From Tricharina praecox (taxonomy: Eukaryota), in NCBI RefSeq assembly GCF_024521635.1, contig NW_026250421.1, positions 496,001 to 560,000 of the forward strand: 64,000 nucleotides of DNA. Direction: 5' to 3'. Of the stretch, positions 47,170 through 61,355 are shown piece by piece (position 1 is the stretch's first letter; each line of letters starts with the position of its first letter). The position numbers and the translations under genes were made by a program. Under the pieces are notes generated by a model. It was not told the origin of the DNA. It made no database searches and worked only from the letters and a program-made list of their open reading frames with translations.

Positions 47170-50100
47170 CGAATCTGCGGCGGTCGTAATTGGCCGCCGG
47201 GGGGGAATCGCTGTGCGCGGTGCCTCGTCGATGGCGATGGCCTCACAACCGCCCGCGCCCATACCTTGGTGGTCAATTACTTACGTACTCTACTCTACTC
47301 CGTCGCAGACAGACATACGGAGAGAGACAGACGCCTTCAATTGCGACGCCGCCATCGTCAGGACTCAGGAGAGATGGCTACGGTATGTATGTAATAATTG
47401 GGATGCGCCGAGGCTTACTATCATACCGGTAGTATGTTTCCGTTCCAATCCCACGCCGTACTGTATAGTACTGAGTATTCTCCATACCGGTCTGCAGAGT
47501 AGGTAACTATCCGCACACCTTACTCTACACCGTGCCCACTCCGGTTCGTCCGCCCCATCCCCATCCTCGCAGCCGCTCAGCTCATCCGGATCCGACAGGT
47601 TACAGAACAGAACAACCCCGGCCGCAGTACCAGCCCGTGTCTGCCGAACGAGCCATGATACGGTATCCGCAGAACACTCAGTTGAGTACGTACGATCGGC
47701 GTAGTTACCATCCCCAATGCCCATCCCGTCCGCATTCGGACGGGGCGATCGCACCGGTTCGTGGCGATCTACGAGTATGTATCTGCATATATATCTGATG
47801 AGATGGATGGTTTGGGGCTGTAGTTAGTGATCTAGTGGCGAGGGTGAAGAGTTCCGAACGAATCGAATCGTACTCCAGGAACACACCACACACACCACAC
47901 ACCAGTGACCACACCAGTGACCACACCCCCACAGGTGGTCCCCATGAAATGGCGAGCTCCCGTCCAACCAACCAACCAGCCAGCCCGAACCAGCGATGTT
48001 TTTGTCTTTGTTTTTGTTTTTGTTTTGTTTTTGTTTTCCACCAGCTCCAGCGCCACGGGGCCGGGCATTGACCAGCCCCTACTGCCCCTACTGCCCCTAC
48101 TGCCCCTACTGCCCCTACTGCGCCCAATGGATCGAGATCGGAGAAAACTCGATTTCCTGGGCGAGCGAGATGGCGTTCGCATTAGGTGAGGTGACAGCGG
48201 GCGCCGGCCGGGCTGCGGATGTGGATGCGGATGCGGATGCGGATGCGGATGTGACATACCGGACGAATCCACCTGTGTATTGTACCTGCGGACTGGGTAC
48301 GGTATGTGTGGGTACCGCCGCTGCGTGCGAGCTGTGTACGGTAGGTACTTGCTCCAACTCGTGGAGTCCTGCGAGAGAAGATGTGCGAGAGGATGTGCGA
48401 GAGGATGTGCGAGAGGATGTGCGAGACTGACAGACTGACCGACCGGGATGCGGTTCATGCGAAACAACAGCACTACGGTACGTAGAGAACTCGGATGAAC
48501 TGTAGTCTGTAGTTATACGGCACTAGTTACAGTATGCATCGAATCAATGCGTCGGTCTCAATACGTCGGCCTCAATGCGTGTGAGTGAGTGTGTGTACAA
48601 TACATATGAGTGGGTGAGAAGACGTGCAACGAGTGAGAGCGCGAGGATTGGATTGGACGCCACCCGCATCCCATCTCACCCATCATATGTACCATACATA
48701 CGGACAGAAGGCTAGCGAATGGACGGGTTCGCTCAGCCAACGCGCGGCGCAGCGCACCCAAGATGCACTGAAGAGGAAGGCCGGCGGCGTCGGCGGCGGC
48801 GATGAATGGCAACGAATGGCCGCGGCCGGACGGACGGACGGACGTGGCCTTCATCTGGTATCTCGCCGTTCCCGGTCGGCCAGCTGGAGGGGGAGGGGAG
48901 GGGCGGCGATGGGTTGGCTGGTTGGCTGGATGGACGCGGTGAGCTCTTCCGCAGCCATCCATCCATCCATCCATCCATCCATCCATCCACTTCATCTCGT
49001 ATCTCGCCCGTTCCCCGACCGCCGCAGGAGTCAGGACTTTGAGGCGGAAGCAGAAGAGCGGCGATGGATTGATCATTGGATTACTCTACTCTACATACAT
49101 GCAGACATGCAATGCAGTGCAATGCAATGTCCCCGCCTCACGAAGGACGTCCGCAGCTGCCCAGCCATCCGCAGCCAGCCAGTCATCCATTCCATCGTCC
49201 ATTCCATTCCATCTCGTATCCTCGCGGAGGGCAACTATGGTGCCATAGGGAAAGCGTCGGGCGGGCTTACTCTGCAAAGTTCACACACCACAGACCTGCC
49301 TACCCACATACATACTTGTGTACCACCCAATGGCCATTTTAACCTCTTAGGGTACGTGGATTCTCTCTCCGCCGACATCTCCGACTGGTCCTCCATTCAT
49401 AACAATGCGAATGCGCACAACAACCTACATACATACCTATCCAACCAGCCAGCCATTCATTCCTTTTCTCGAGAGCGATACCGGTGCCGGTATGCGAGTG
49501 AGTGAGCACATATATATCGGAGTTCACGGGCGGTATTCGGGGCTGTGCCAGTTTTTTGGTTTTTGGTTTGAAGGGGACTAGGTGCCGATGTGTCAACGAG
49601 AATATATGTACTCGAGTCGGTCCGGTCTACGGGGCAGCCTACGGGACAAAGACAGCGGGCCACTGCAGCTCTTGTTCCATGTAGTTGCACCGCTACATAC
49701 CGTACCGTGTCACCGTAGGCCGTGGCCGTGGCTAGTTCTCTGTCTATCTGTCTGGCCCAGTTTACGCACAGGGCTGGCTGTCCGGCTGGGTGTTGTTACT
49801 CCGTTCGGGCAGAGAAGTCTCGACAGTACTCCCATACCGGTATACTCTCCATAGTTGTACAAGCGGATCGGACTGTTTCGTTTCAATCCCAATCCGTTTC
49901 AATCCGTTTCGTTTCACACTTGCATAGCTTACGCAATATGCCGAGTACAAGATCGCGCGATGAATCATGAAAGCCTTCGGGATTTTACAAATGCACTTTG
50001 TCACAAATATAGCTGAGCATTGTGAGGCAAAGCTTTAAGCCACTGGCTGGCCAGTCCGATAGAGTCCAGCCCGCCGAGTCCGGCCCTCAAGGTCCTGCGG

Positions 50101-51444
50101 AAAAGAAAGAAAAGAAAGAAAGAGAAAAAAAAGAAAATCATCGTGGCCGGTGGACCCACGTGCGCCAACGACCTCCTAGTAGAGTAGAAGTACATGAGTA
50201 GCTGGCCGTGACCGAGCCCACGCGAACAAGCCCAAAAACTTCATGTATCTACGAGTAGGTACATAGAGTACACCCTATACCCACGCTACGATAGCATCTA
50301 CATATCTATCTCGCGAACAAAGAAACCCCCCCCCCCCCCCCCCCCCCCCTCAGCACCAGCTCAGCAATCTTCGGTATGCATTGCAGACGTCACGACCCAC
50401 CAGCGATGAGGAGTCCCGTCACGACAACGCTGCGGGCGCATCCGGCGGGCGGGCAGATGATTGGCGGGTAGGTGGGTGGGTAGCTGGGTGGGTGCATGCA
50501 GCGCTGGCGGCTGGACTCCTCGGGAATCAGCGCTGTTTCTGGCAACACGGACTCACGAAGTCGCGGCCTCACGGGTGCCGGAGGGTTTAAGGTGATAGGT
50601 GGGTATGGTATGGTATGGTATGGTATGGTATGCGTGAACGTGACTGAGCACGTCCAACTACTAACTGTCCACACACTCCACGAGATGAGGCGAGGTGAGG
50701 TGAGGTGAAGTGCTTCGAGGCATGAGCCGTCTGTCTATACCAGCAGTAATAGTCAACCGAACAATGCCCCCCGGAGGAGGAGGAAGACCTACCATATAGC
50801 ACCGACGACGACGACTCAGACCCAGACTCAGGGTGCGATCATAGGGTACTCTGCTATAGTCACATACTCTACGCCCGAATTCTGTGCGTCACGCTGAACT
50901 ATGTACCTACGGGATTCCAGCCTGGTTCGCAATTCCGCGAAACTATTCGCAGCCTTGCGGCAGCAACACGCACGGACTGTCCTCACTGCTCAGGTTCGTC
51001 TGTAATATGTCGCGCCGAGAGCCGGCGGAGCGGGGTAACCGCCTGCCCGCCTGCCCGGCTACGTAGATGTGTACTTACGGCGGGTAGTCAAAAGATGCTC
51101 CTCGTCCTGCGGTTACTGGTTTGCTGGTTTGCTGGTTGTGCATCCCCGTGCCACTCGGCTCTGGCCCGGCTCTGGTTCTGGCATTGGCTCTCGTTTTGGC
51201 ACTGGCACTGGCACTGGTACTGGCACTGGCACTGGCACTGGTACTGGCTCGCTGGCGACTCGCGAGCGAAGCTACAGCTACAGCTATCATAGCTCCACAG
51301 CTAGCTATACCTACTAGCAACAACTAACCATAACCAACTACTAGCTACCCACTTAGGCAGAGCTATCCGTTGTCATGTATAACACCCTCGTCTACGTATG
51401 TAGAGTATGTGCCTAATGTATCGATCCTCGCTGGTCCCTCACCA

Positions 51445-51602
51445 ATCACCCATCACCCATCACATCACCCATCACCCATCACATCACCCATCACCCATCA
51501 CATCACCCATCACCCATCACCCATCACCCATCACCCATCACCCATCACCCATCACCCATCACCCATCACCCATCACCCATCACCCATCACCCATCACCCA
51601 TC
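51445..51602. repeat. (CATCACC)n heptamer tandem array, about 20 units with CATCA interruptions
   Basis: Direct reading. Confidence 0.9.
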
Positions 51603-54600
51603 AATCGCCGCGATATCCTGCACTACTCTGGACCAGGTCACTGCTTCAACGGCGCGAATACCGAACGGCGGGTGTATGCTAGAGTAGAGGCTCGACTTCT
51701 CCATGTCGCAAGAAGAAAGACAGGCAGGCAGGCGGGCAGGCATGTCGTGTCGTGGTCGGTGCTTGGCTCTCCTACCTACCTGAGCACCTACATACCCTAC
51801 TCTGCTTGTATGTATATGCATGTATGTACCTGCGGCCATGCAAGCGCCCCAGCTGTCGACAACGCGACAACGCGATAAGGTGTCCACTGTGTCCACTGGC
51901 CATCTCACTCACTTCCTCACTAGTAGCAGCACCACCACCAGCAGCATCAACCTCGCTCCCTTCCCTTGTGCCCGCGCGCGCGCCTCCGCCCTCGAACGCT
52001 GTATGTACGATACTGTAGGTAAGACGGCGGACTGACGTGGTGTCCTGTGAAAGGACCGTCTATGTACCGTCTGCACACCTCGGCCCCGGCCCTCGTCCCC
52101 CTCGTTCTCCTCGTCGTCGTCGGGAGATCGGGTGATATGCGGTTCGTCCCGAGGGCCGACACGGGTCTGGGGCTGGCCTCCAGGTCAGGGCTTGAGAGTT
52201 CCTCCTCGAGAGAGAGGCTCTTGCGATCCGAAGGCGAAAGAAGGAAAGAAGGAAGAAAGGTGGCCGCACCAGTGATCTGAGACGGCAAACGAGCGGATTA
52301 CATATTTACTCGGGCATAGCTACTGTGGCCGCAGCAGCAACAGCAGCATCTTCTGTCCGCTGTCCGGGGTGCATACGACACCTACGACACCTACAACACG
52401 ATACCTACGCACGCACGCGGTCCCACCGCTCCGCTCTGCTGCACCCCATACATACCCCATACCTACCCCATACCCCACACGTATGTATAGTACTCTACAT
52501 AGCACTCACATAGCACTCTAGTAATAGGCAGCCAGCCGTCCTCGCCCGTCCCTGTCGGGGACGCCCGTCTGCACGCGCGCTTCGCCACGGTCAACTGTCA
52601 ACGGAGAATCGTGATCGTGATCCTCCTGTCTGCTGCTGACTGCTGTCACTGCTGTGGCTCCGGCGCCGTTTGCAATGCTTATGTACATAGTCTGTTGAGC
52701 GGCGGCGGGAGGGGGGAGGGGGAGGGGGTAGTGCTCGCTGCTGCTGCTGCTGGATGGGGATGAATGACGGATGGATGGGGAGATCCGGGCGAGCTCGAGC
52801 TCGCCCCCGGCGGAACGGAGTGGTCAGGTGCACCGTGCACCCACTCGGGAGTGGGGAGGGCTTGCGTGGGGGCTTGCGGGAACATGGGAGGGCTTGCGGG
52901 AGCATGGGTGGGTGATGGGTGGGCATAGGTTTGGGCGTAGGTTTGGGTTTGGGCTCCGCACCCTCCGGGTATGTGCCGCAGCGGTGGTACCAGCGTGAAC
53001 GTGGGCAGCTCTGAGGGAGAGGAGGTGGGGCAAAGAGGGCGAGAGGGCGAGAGGGCGAGTGCTGGTATGTGACGTTGTGCTGAGGCTTGCTGTAGTACTA
53101 TGATATGTCCCGTTATACGTCGTCACTCGTCAGCCCTGAAGAAGCCACCAGGCTGCCTATGTACGCCCGCTAACTACGGTATTGTTCCTATCGTCATAAT
53201 CACCTGTACGCAGCAAGAATCTCGAGCTTGCACGATTCCCCTACTCCACCCGTCTGGGCCGTCACTTTTCCGCGCCTCATATCCATCTCCATCTCCGGGG
53301 GAACGAAACCGTATGTATGTACAGTCCCATCAGCACTCGCCATCTCCCCGTCATCTCCCCGGCTCTACTTGACAGGTGCTATTGGCTTCGGTACCACGGT
53401 AGGGAAAGTATTCCCGCCCTAGAATCTAGAATCGTCTTGAACTTCCCCCATGGGCCCAGGGCGCCCCGCCGCTGCATGAACCTTGATCCCAAGCCCGGCC
53501 CGGAAGTTTCCCGTTCCTTGCACTGTGAAGCATGCCGGTCCCTGCTGAAGTGCTGGCAGTCTTTACTATATAGTAGATGTGGCTGATCCTCCAGGTCCCG
53601 GGAAAGTGGCGAGAAAGTTGAAACATCAGTCACGCTGTCAGACTGCCTAGGTATTTTGCTCGGGAAAGCGAGTGTGAGAGGATGGGGATGTACCAGCTCT
53701 CCGCCGGATGAGCCCCCCGGTAGATCTACCTACTCCACCACTGCTACTTTCACTGCAACTGCTCGGATTCCATGCCACTGCTCTTTGATTCCATGCTCTT
53801 TGATTCCATGCTCTTTCATCCCATGCTCTTTGATTCCCCTATGCATGGTTAGGCCGCCATCCCCATCCCCATCCCCATCCCCATCCTCATCCCTTCAAAA
53901 GCCGTTCGATAATCCTTCGATAATCCTTCGATAATCCCCGCGCTCACATTGCATTGCATTGCATTCGTCCACCGCGGAGCTCTAGTACCTCTACACTCCA
54001 GTATCTACAGTGCCAGTATTGCACGTAAATACTGGTCCCAGCACCCTGGTCCCGGTCCCGGTTCTGTGCCTAGACCTGAAGAACTCCATTCCCCTGCGGC
54101 CAACGGCTACTACTATACTGCGAGGGCATCGACCCCGTGGTATGTGTTGGCAGTGCGTTCACGGCGGACAGTTGTTGACATTGTTGTTGTTGTGATGGAT
54201 CATAGTCCAAGTGCCGGGAAATTGAAGGATATACCCAGCTCTCCAGCCCAGCTCTCCAGCTCCCCAGCTCCCCAGCTCTCCAGCTCTCCAGCTCTCCTGC
54301 ACTCCGGCTCCCCGGCAAGGATGTGGATTCTAGGCTTCAGTCAGTCATGAAGAGAGAGAGTGGGAGAGAGAGAGAACGTCAATTTATTTCGCATACGGCC
54401 TCTTCGGGCTTGAAGTGTGTGACACTTCATGTCACGCCGTAGGAATCAACACCGCCGAGAGTCCCAGACGCTACTTCATAGCAAAGTAGGTAGGGAGCTG
54501 CATCTCCTCGCCATCTCCTCGCCGCGTCTCGTTATGAGCATCGTCCGCAAGTTCCATGATATAACTTCTTTTCACACATCTCACTCGTAGCACATACACG

Positions 54601-54988
54601 TATCGTGCAATCACCTCAATCACCTCAATCACCTCAATCACCGCGACCAGAAAAAACCGTGTATATATCGCATGTAAGTTGTAACCACCACTAGCCCCGC
54701 CGTCTATTGTATGATACCCATCTCATCCCCCATCCCCCATCCCCCACCCCCCACGAACCAACCTAATCCATGATTCCCATCCGATTCATGCAGTCGTATC
54801 GCATCGCATCACCAACCGTTTTGTTTTGACCCTACCGTTTTGACCTACGAACGAAGAAAAAAAACGAATAAGAAAGGAAAACTCATGACATTCACACCCC
54901 AAGCCTTGGGAAACACAAGTGACAAGTGAAAAAAATGAAAAAAAAAGCATAACGCCCAGCACAAAAGAAACTAAACGAAAGACCGAAA

Positions 54989-57900
54989 TTATACCCGCAC
55001 GTCTTCGACTTTCTCTTCATCTTCCTGTCCCGCGTGACTGTCGGTGATGGCCACGAACATATCGGCAATCTCCGCCTCCGTCTCGTCGCCCAAGCCCTCG
55101 TCCGTGTCGAGGCTGACGCCACCAGTGTTGTCCAGGTCGTCGTACTCCGGTAAGAGAGAATCGACGTCATTCGCGGGGCCGGCGGTGAGCTCCGAAGTGG
55201 TGATGGGCATGCTGTTGCCCCACAGCGTGGAATTGCCGACGCTGGCGGTTAAGAATCCACCTTCGTTAGAGGTCTTGGGGAGGGTAGGGCCGATGAAAGG
55301 AGTCGGTGAATTCTCGCGGGAGATTCCGGACGACGAGCCTTGCTGTGCATCCACCTCTTCTTCTTCATCATCTTCTTCCGCTACGCTCGGGAAGTGCTGG
55401 GCAATGACCTGCTCCAACTTTAATCCGCCAAGAGCCTTGTCGGAGCGGCGGCGGTAGAACAGCAGGTAGGCGGCTGGTGTCACTACCGAGTTCGCGTGTG
55501 CCTCTCTGACACTGGCGTCTGTGTCATCCATAGGTTAGCATTCACGTACATCTGAACAGGTTCTCGAGTAGAAACTCACCATCACAGTAGTACCACTTTC
55601 CGTCGAACCAGTTCTTGACGTATGCAGTGTAATGCCCGCCACCAAGGCCGCCGTAATGATTATCCACAGCGATCAGATCGTAGATCATCGGCTTGCCTTC
55701 GGTGAAGCCAACACGTTGACTCAAATCCAGACCCTCGATCGGGCAATCGATCTGTGCATCAATCTTGTCCCGGAAGCTTCTACTACTAGAGAAACGCTTG
55801 AGGTGAACAACGAGGATGTCGGGACATTTCCAGAGCTCAAACTTCTTGCTGGCTCTCCTGTGTTCCTTACAACGAGGGCAGTACCAAGGGTCTTCTGCAC
55901 TAAGGACTTCCTCCCGAGCAAACTCGTCAAGACAGTCCTCGAGGATGATTCCCTTGTTCTTCCTCTCCTCCCGTCTCCTGCGTCTCTTTTCCAGTTCGGG
56001 ATCTTTGACGGCCGGCCACGAGTTCCACGTTTCCTTTCCACGGAAATCGTCACGGTGTTTGCCACCAAAGAGGGTGTCGAAGCCTTCTTCAGTAAACTCC
56101 ACCAAGATACTCTCACCGACTCGAATTAGTGGGCCATATTCTTGGACAGGTTCCGGGGTGCGGAATCGAGACGGCGACGCGTATCCATTAGGCGATGAGG
56201 TACCGCTCGTGGTGCCTAGAAACGAGGGAGGATCGAAAGCAGCCAAGGCAGACGGATAGGAAGTCTGAGCTTCATCGTCGCTCACATCCGCCATCGTGTC
56301 GTACGACGGCTCCGGCTGAGGATCGTCATTGTACAGCAGCTTATCGTCATCCGAGATCTGACTCGCCGGCGACCTGCGACCAGAGTCCTCAGCAGACGGA
56401 ATGTCAAACAGCGAAGAAGGCTCGTGAGATACTGGGCTCGGGGCCGTATCGCGACTGGGCTGCATCCGAGAAGTGAGTAGCTCATCCATCTGAGGACCGT
56501 TCCACCCGGTCGGAAGTGCCTCGTTATCCCTCCTCTTGCCAATCTTAAGAGTGAAGTATCCGTGGATATCTTGTGGTACCCGACGACGAGGATTGCCGGA
56601 AACAGTGGGGATAGCATCATCGGAAACCTCCGTCTTGACCTCCGGGGTAAGTTCGGGTTCCGCCTTGCCCAAGTCAGAGGTCGAGACAGTATCCTCCATC
56701 GTGATATCGACAAATCCATCCTTCTCGCTATTGTTCTCGCCATCCTTCTCATCCTTTACTTCAGCCTTAGCAGCATCTTCAGCACCGTCGTAGTCGTTGT
56801 CCTCTTCTTCAACGGCGGAGGTTGTGTACATATCCCTGGTGGTAAGGAATTGAAGCTTTTCAACAAGCTTCTCGAGGATGGTATCGTAATCGGATGCCTC
56901 CTCCTGGTTCAGAACAAGGAAGTAAGGAAAGCTGAACCACTCATCGCTCAGATCGTTCTTGCGAAATCGTGGCCGCCACAGCAGCACGGGAACGAGTACT
57001 GCTTCCGTAGATGCCGCGTCAGCCTGCTCATCCGGGTAAAGCATCGATCGGCTCTTTGGCCCCGGCCAACTGGTCGGCACCTTGTCAAGCTCGTACAACA
57101 TCACATCGTCGCCCGTGGAGATGTCTGTGATGGCGTTGTAGTCCTGGTAATGCTTGTAGAATCTGCCCTTATACACTTCTGAGCACATGATCTACCGTAT
57201 CGAGTCAGCGATGCTCCCATGGCATACTTAATACACAGAGGAATGCTAACCTGTTTAGGATCCACTCCAAATTTCTTTCCTGTGTACTCTTTCAGTGCAC
57301 CGATGCTCGAATTCTTTGGCAGCTCGACACCGAACTTAAACGGAGTCCTATGTTTTGGGTCTTTGGGCCAGAAGAAAAACTCCTTGGTGAAGAAAGACTC
57401 GATGGGCAGCGGTAGCGTCAGGTCCATGAATGGGTCAAAAGTAATGCTGACTTTCTGGCACTCGGGACAGACAAGCGTGCTCTTGTACAGTCCACCAAAG
57501 AGATCGGCAACTGCCGAGTCATTGCGCTTCTTGTAGATGTCCCAATGTCTCTCCGCCAGCTCGGCGATGAGTTGAGGATTGCCGACCATCTCGTCGGTCG
57601 AGTCAGGCTTTTCGGTGTAGGGTTTCTTCATGATGCGGTTCAAATCCTCGTGCATGCCGTCCAACAGGAAAGCCAAAAACTCCTGTGAATCCTGCTGCTG
57701 ATAGCCAGAAAACGACGGACCGAACCTTCCAATCGTACTCTTGAATTCTCGGGGCGCAACAGACGACGGGCTTGACGGGGCAAAAATATTATTAATTAGC
57801 CCGGCATAGGCCCTTGCAACCTTCCCATGATGTGCTAGAGGGTTGGATGGATTGAGCTCGTCAACATATGCACCGCCTATCTATGGTCAGTAAAACTCGG

Positions 57901-60286
57901 TGTTCGACGGGGGCTTTGATGAAATCTTACAGAGAAAGTACTTGGATAACTCTTCGACGGACCGCAAACATTGCAGAGCTGAATTCATATAACAGGTGTT
58001 CCCAAGATTGGAGAGCCCGCATGTGCCACGCGCTCTCCCATTGGTACGCTCGCGTCCCCTGTTGCTAAGCATCGCCGGCTTCGATAGAACACTCTTGACC
58101 GGACTAGCACTGCGGGAGGGCGACGCGGGTAACTTCTTCTTGGCCGTGCTTGCACTCTTGCCGAACCCGTTCTTCGTGACCGTGATCGTCTCCCCCCATT
58201 TGATCACAGTTTTGTTCGCCGATTGACTGATCCATTCTCCATCGACATTTTGCTCCTCAACCACGATCTCTCCGCCGGTTCCCAACCCGAGAGTTCCAAT
58301 CTTTAGATTGCCATTGTAGTTCGGATTATTGGTGTTGTCCGGAACATCGACGAGCTCAGATCCATTTTCTAGCGCCGAAAAAGTATGCAGATCAATGACC
58401 ATCTGTCGGAAAGGAGTTGTGGCGGCGGTCTTCGACGACTTCTTTGTGGCTTTCTGGTCGGGTTCTGTTGGCGTTGTCACTTTCCAGAGCCGCACCTTCC
58501 GGCCAGTTTCGACGCCAGTCAAGCTCTTGATCTGCTTGAGGAAATCCCGGAATCCCTCGGACGTCGAAGCTATAAGCTTTATTGGCTTGACCTGCTTCTC
58601 CTCTCGGAGGCTGTTCTCGGAGATGGTCATCTTAGGGTCCCGAAGCCGGTACACCGTGAACATCGGCTGCCAAACTTCCACTATACAGTTGGACTCCGCA
58701 GCCCTGTCCTCCTGAGTGTTGATTGCCTTCCTTGTGATGATCGGCGAATCCTTCGCCAGTCCGTACCAGGCCACGAGCTGGTTCCATGCAGTAGCAGGTA
58801 ACACCTCATAGTCATCCCCACACTCCATGCCCTGTTTCACGGGTACGAAATCCTCGGCGAACTTGTCGTTCGTGGAGGGCGAGGACGCTGTAACTTCAAT
58901 GTCAGTTGACCCCCCACCTTTGGTCGGAGTACGGGCGGACATACCGTCTTTCTTCAGCTCTTCCTGCATCTCGACATCAACGATGGGAGTGTTGTCGATT
59001 GGCCCCAACTCCTTTTCCAATTCTTCCTTCTCGATCTGGATATCCTTGGCATACTCGGGCAGCTGGACTAGGAATCGCTTCAACCAGATGCCTGACACCA
59101 GATAGTAGATCTCTCCCTCCTTCAGCATTGCCATCTTCTCCGCTAGTACCATCTCAATTTGCTCCTCGAGCGACGGCGGTGACGGTGTAGCGATGGATGT
59201 GGCCGTTGAAGTAGCGGCTGTGGAGGGTTGGGTGACCGTGACGGCGGTGGAAGAGGCTGCGGTCGACGAATCGTCCGTAATGACAATGGACAAAGCCGGC
59301 TCCAGTGCGACTGGCGCATCGTCAGCGTCGACCATGTCCACAGAGACATCCCTAGTAGTCATCGCGGGCACCGCGGTATCCTCGTCCATCGGCTCAGGGG
59401 TTGTGGGGCTGTGATCAAGGCTGCAGTCAACCGTCGCGTTGGTAGGACCGTCGGGCTTTAATCGTTTTGCGGGGGACTGGGATCGCGATGGTGGCTTGCT
59501 CACGGAATCCGACGGTCCCAGGAACGGAGTGGGTTCGACGGGTGGTTGGGCGCACGAGGGTGGCGACGGCGCGGAGGCATCGCTATCCGTGATGGGTGCC
59601 GTGGTCATGCCGTGGTCGTGATGGGGGTGGTGGTGGGTGTGGTTTGGGTGTGGAGATGGCGGGGTTGTGCGGAGGAGCGTGGTTGCGGCTGCAGAGGGCA
59701 AAAAAAGCGGTAGTGCAACTGATGGTGCGTACGAAGTTCTATCTACGTCACAGTCCGACCCGCCACGATGAGTGATTGGCGACGCAAGCGAGGAAGCCGA
59801 GTTAGCAAGAGCAGTAGCAGCACTGTGACTGTCGTCGAAGCTGTAGTAGTGATTGTCGGCGTTACTGTCTTCTTCTTCGGTGGTGGTGGTTGCGGTGGTG
59901 GTGGGAGGAGACGAGGGACTGGAGATGCTGCCGCTGAAGGAACAGGGGGACAGGCGAGCAGGAGGGTCGTCGGCGGCAGTGTGACCGGTATCGACTAGTT
60001 TTCGCTTTCGGGAGCTGTTGCTGCTGTCGATGTTCGGATTGCTATTGGTGGTGGTGGTGGTTGTGGTGGAGGAGGAGGTGGGTGTGGTGGTAGTGCTATT
60101 GCTGTCGGCGGAAGGAGCACAAGGCGACGACGTGAGCGCAGCAGCAGGGGACACGTCTCCTTGAAGTCGGTGCTGATGGGATCCGTACTGATGATCTACA
60201 CCTGCGGCTGAGTCGTGGGCGAGAGGGTCGTTGTGTTCTGGTGCCTGGGGAAGTGGCGAAGAGGGGTGGGATTGTGGAGGCGTCAT
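54989..60286 (-). CDS. UBP12: Ubiquitin carboxyl-terminal hydrolase, USP4/11/15 (Ubp12) type with DUSP domain; introns 57877-57930, 57192-57250, 55519-55579; about 1707 aa
   Basis: DUSP-like YYLVSGIWL...GPIDN...AWNQLVAWYG, Cys box GLSNLGNTCYMNSALQCL, FLLDGMHEDLNR, WYCPRCKEHRRASK, HLKRFS, His box HYGGLGGGHYTAY, and AYLLFYRRR. Exons sum to 5124 nt. The exact start within the low-complexity N-terminus is uncertain. Confidence 0.93.
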
Positions 60287-61355
60287 ACAAGAAGGAGGAT
60301 GTGGGGGGGAGGGGAGAAGGTATAGATAGATATGGTAGGGACGCGGAGGGTGAACGAATGAGCGTGTGCGGGTGGGCGATTGTTGCTTATAATTGGAAGT
60401 GTGTTGGGTGGGGGTGGGTTGACGGAGGAAGGAAGGAAGTCTCGAGGAAGGACTTGTTTTTCTGCCGGTGGTGTTGCTTCCTTTCTTCGTCGCCTTTTCT
60501 GTTCTTTTTTTCTCTCCTCTTCACAGTCTCTTCTTCTGCTTGATTCCGCCGTGCTATTGTTCTTGGTAAGTGAGGACGCGATTCTCGGCGGTGACGGTAT
60601 TTGTTCCAAGACGGTGTTGTTGTTATTGTCTGGCCTCGATATTTTTTAGATGGTAGTGAAGGCACGAGACGAGACGAGATGGAATGGACAAAGAAGGGAT
60701 GTGCAGCCGCCAGCGTCTGAAGGTTTCATCATATAAGGGAGGCTGTCGCGGTGACCTTTGAAGGAGTCGAGAGCAGCGGAGAAGCGAGGAGGCGGGGGCA
60801 GCTGAGGACTCTGAAGATATAACTATCTCGGGATGCCATGCTGTGGAAACAAAGACCCGATATCATTCGTATGGCTAACTGATCACGCTCCAGTGTCCAC
60901 AAAGACTTGACAACTTCCTTCTTCTCGTTGCGTCGCAAACGCCTTAGCCGACTGCCGCAGACAGACAGACAGACAAAGTCCCAGCCAACATGTATCTAGA
61001 ATATCTCCAGTATGCTTCCCCTGATTGCCATCACAAACATATGCAACGCGAACACAGTCATCGTCCCCACATCCCATCCCTGAGGGCTTCTCTCCACTCC
61101 TCCGCATTCCTCTCGTAGCACACACACCGCCTATATACATACCACCCCTTATCCGTCCCGCGACTCTGCCCTTGCTTTATTCCTCCGAGCCAGGGTTCGT
61201 GCCTCAACCTTCTTCTTCCACGGCGGTTCCTTTCAGCCTCAACAACCCCACGTGCGCCAATCCGCCCGTCACCAGCACTCCCCGCACTCGCTCCCGTTCC
61301 CGCGCCCCACAGCTCAGCTACCATAGCCGTCTCGTCCATTCGATACCCACCCACA

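Noticed and set aside
41881..54350. Long low-complexity ORFs such as 42035-43060, 45898-47262 and 48624-49505
   Set aside because: Built from microsatellites that lack stop codons; no domain content.
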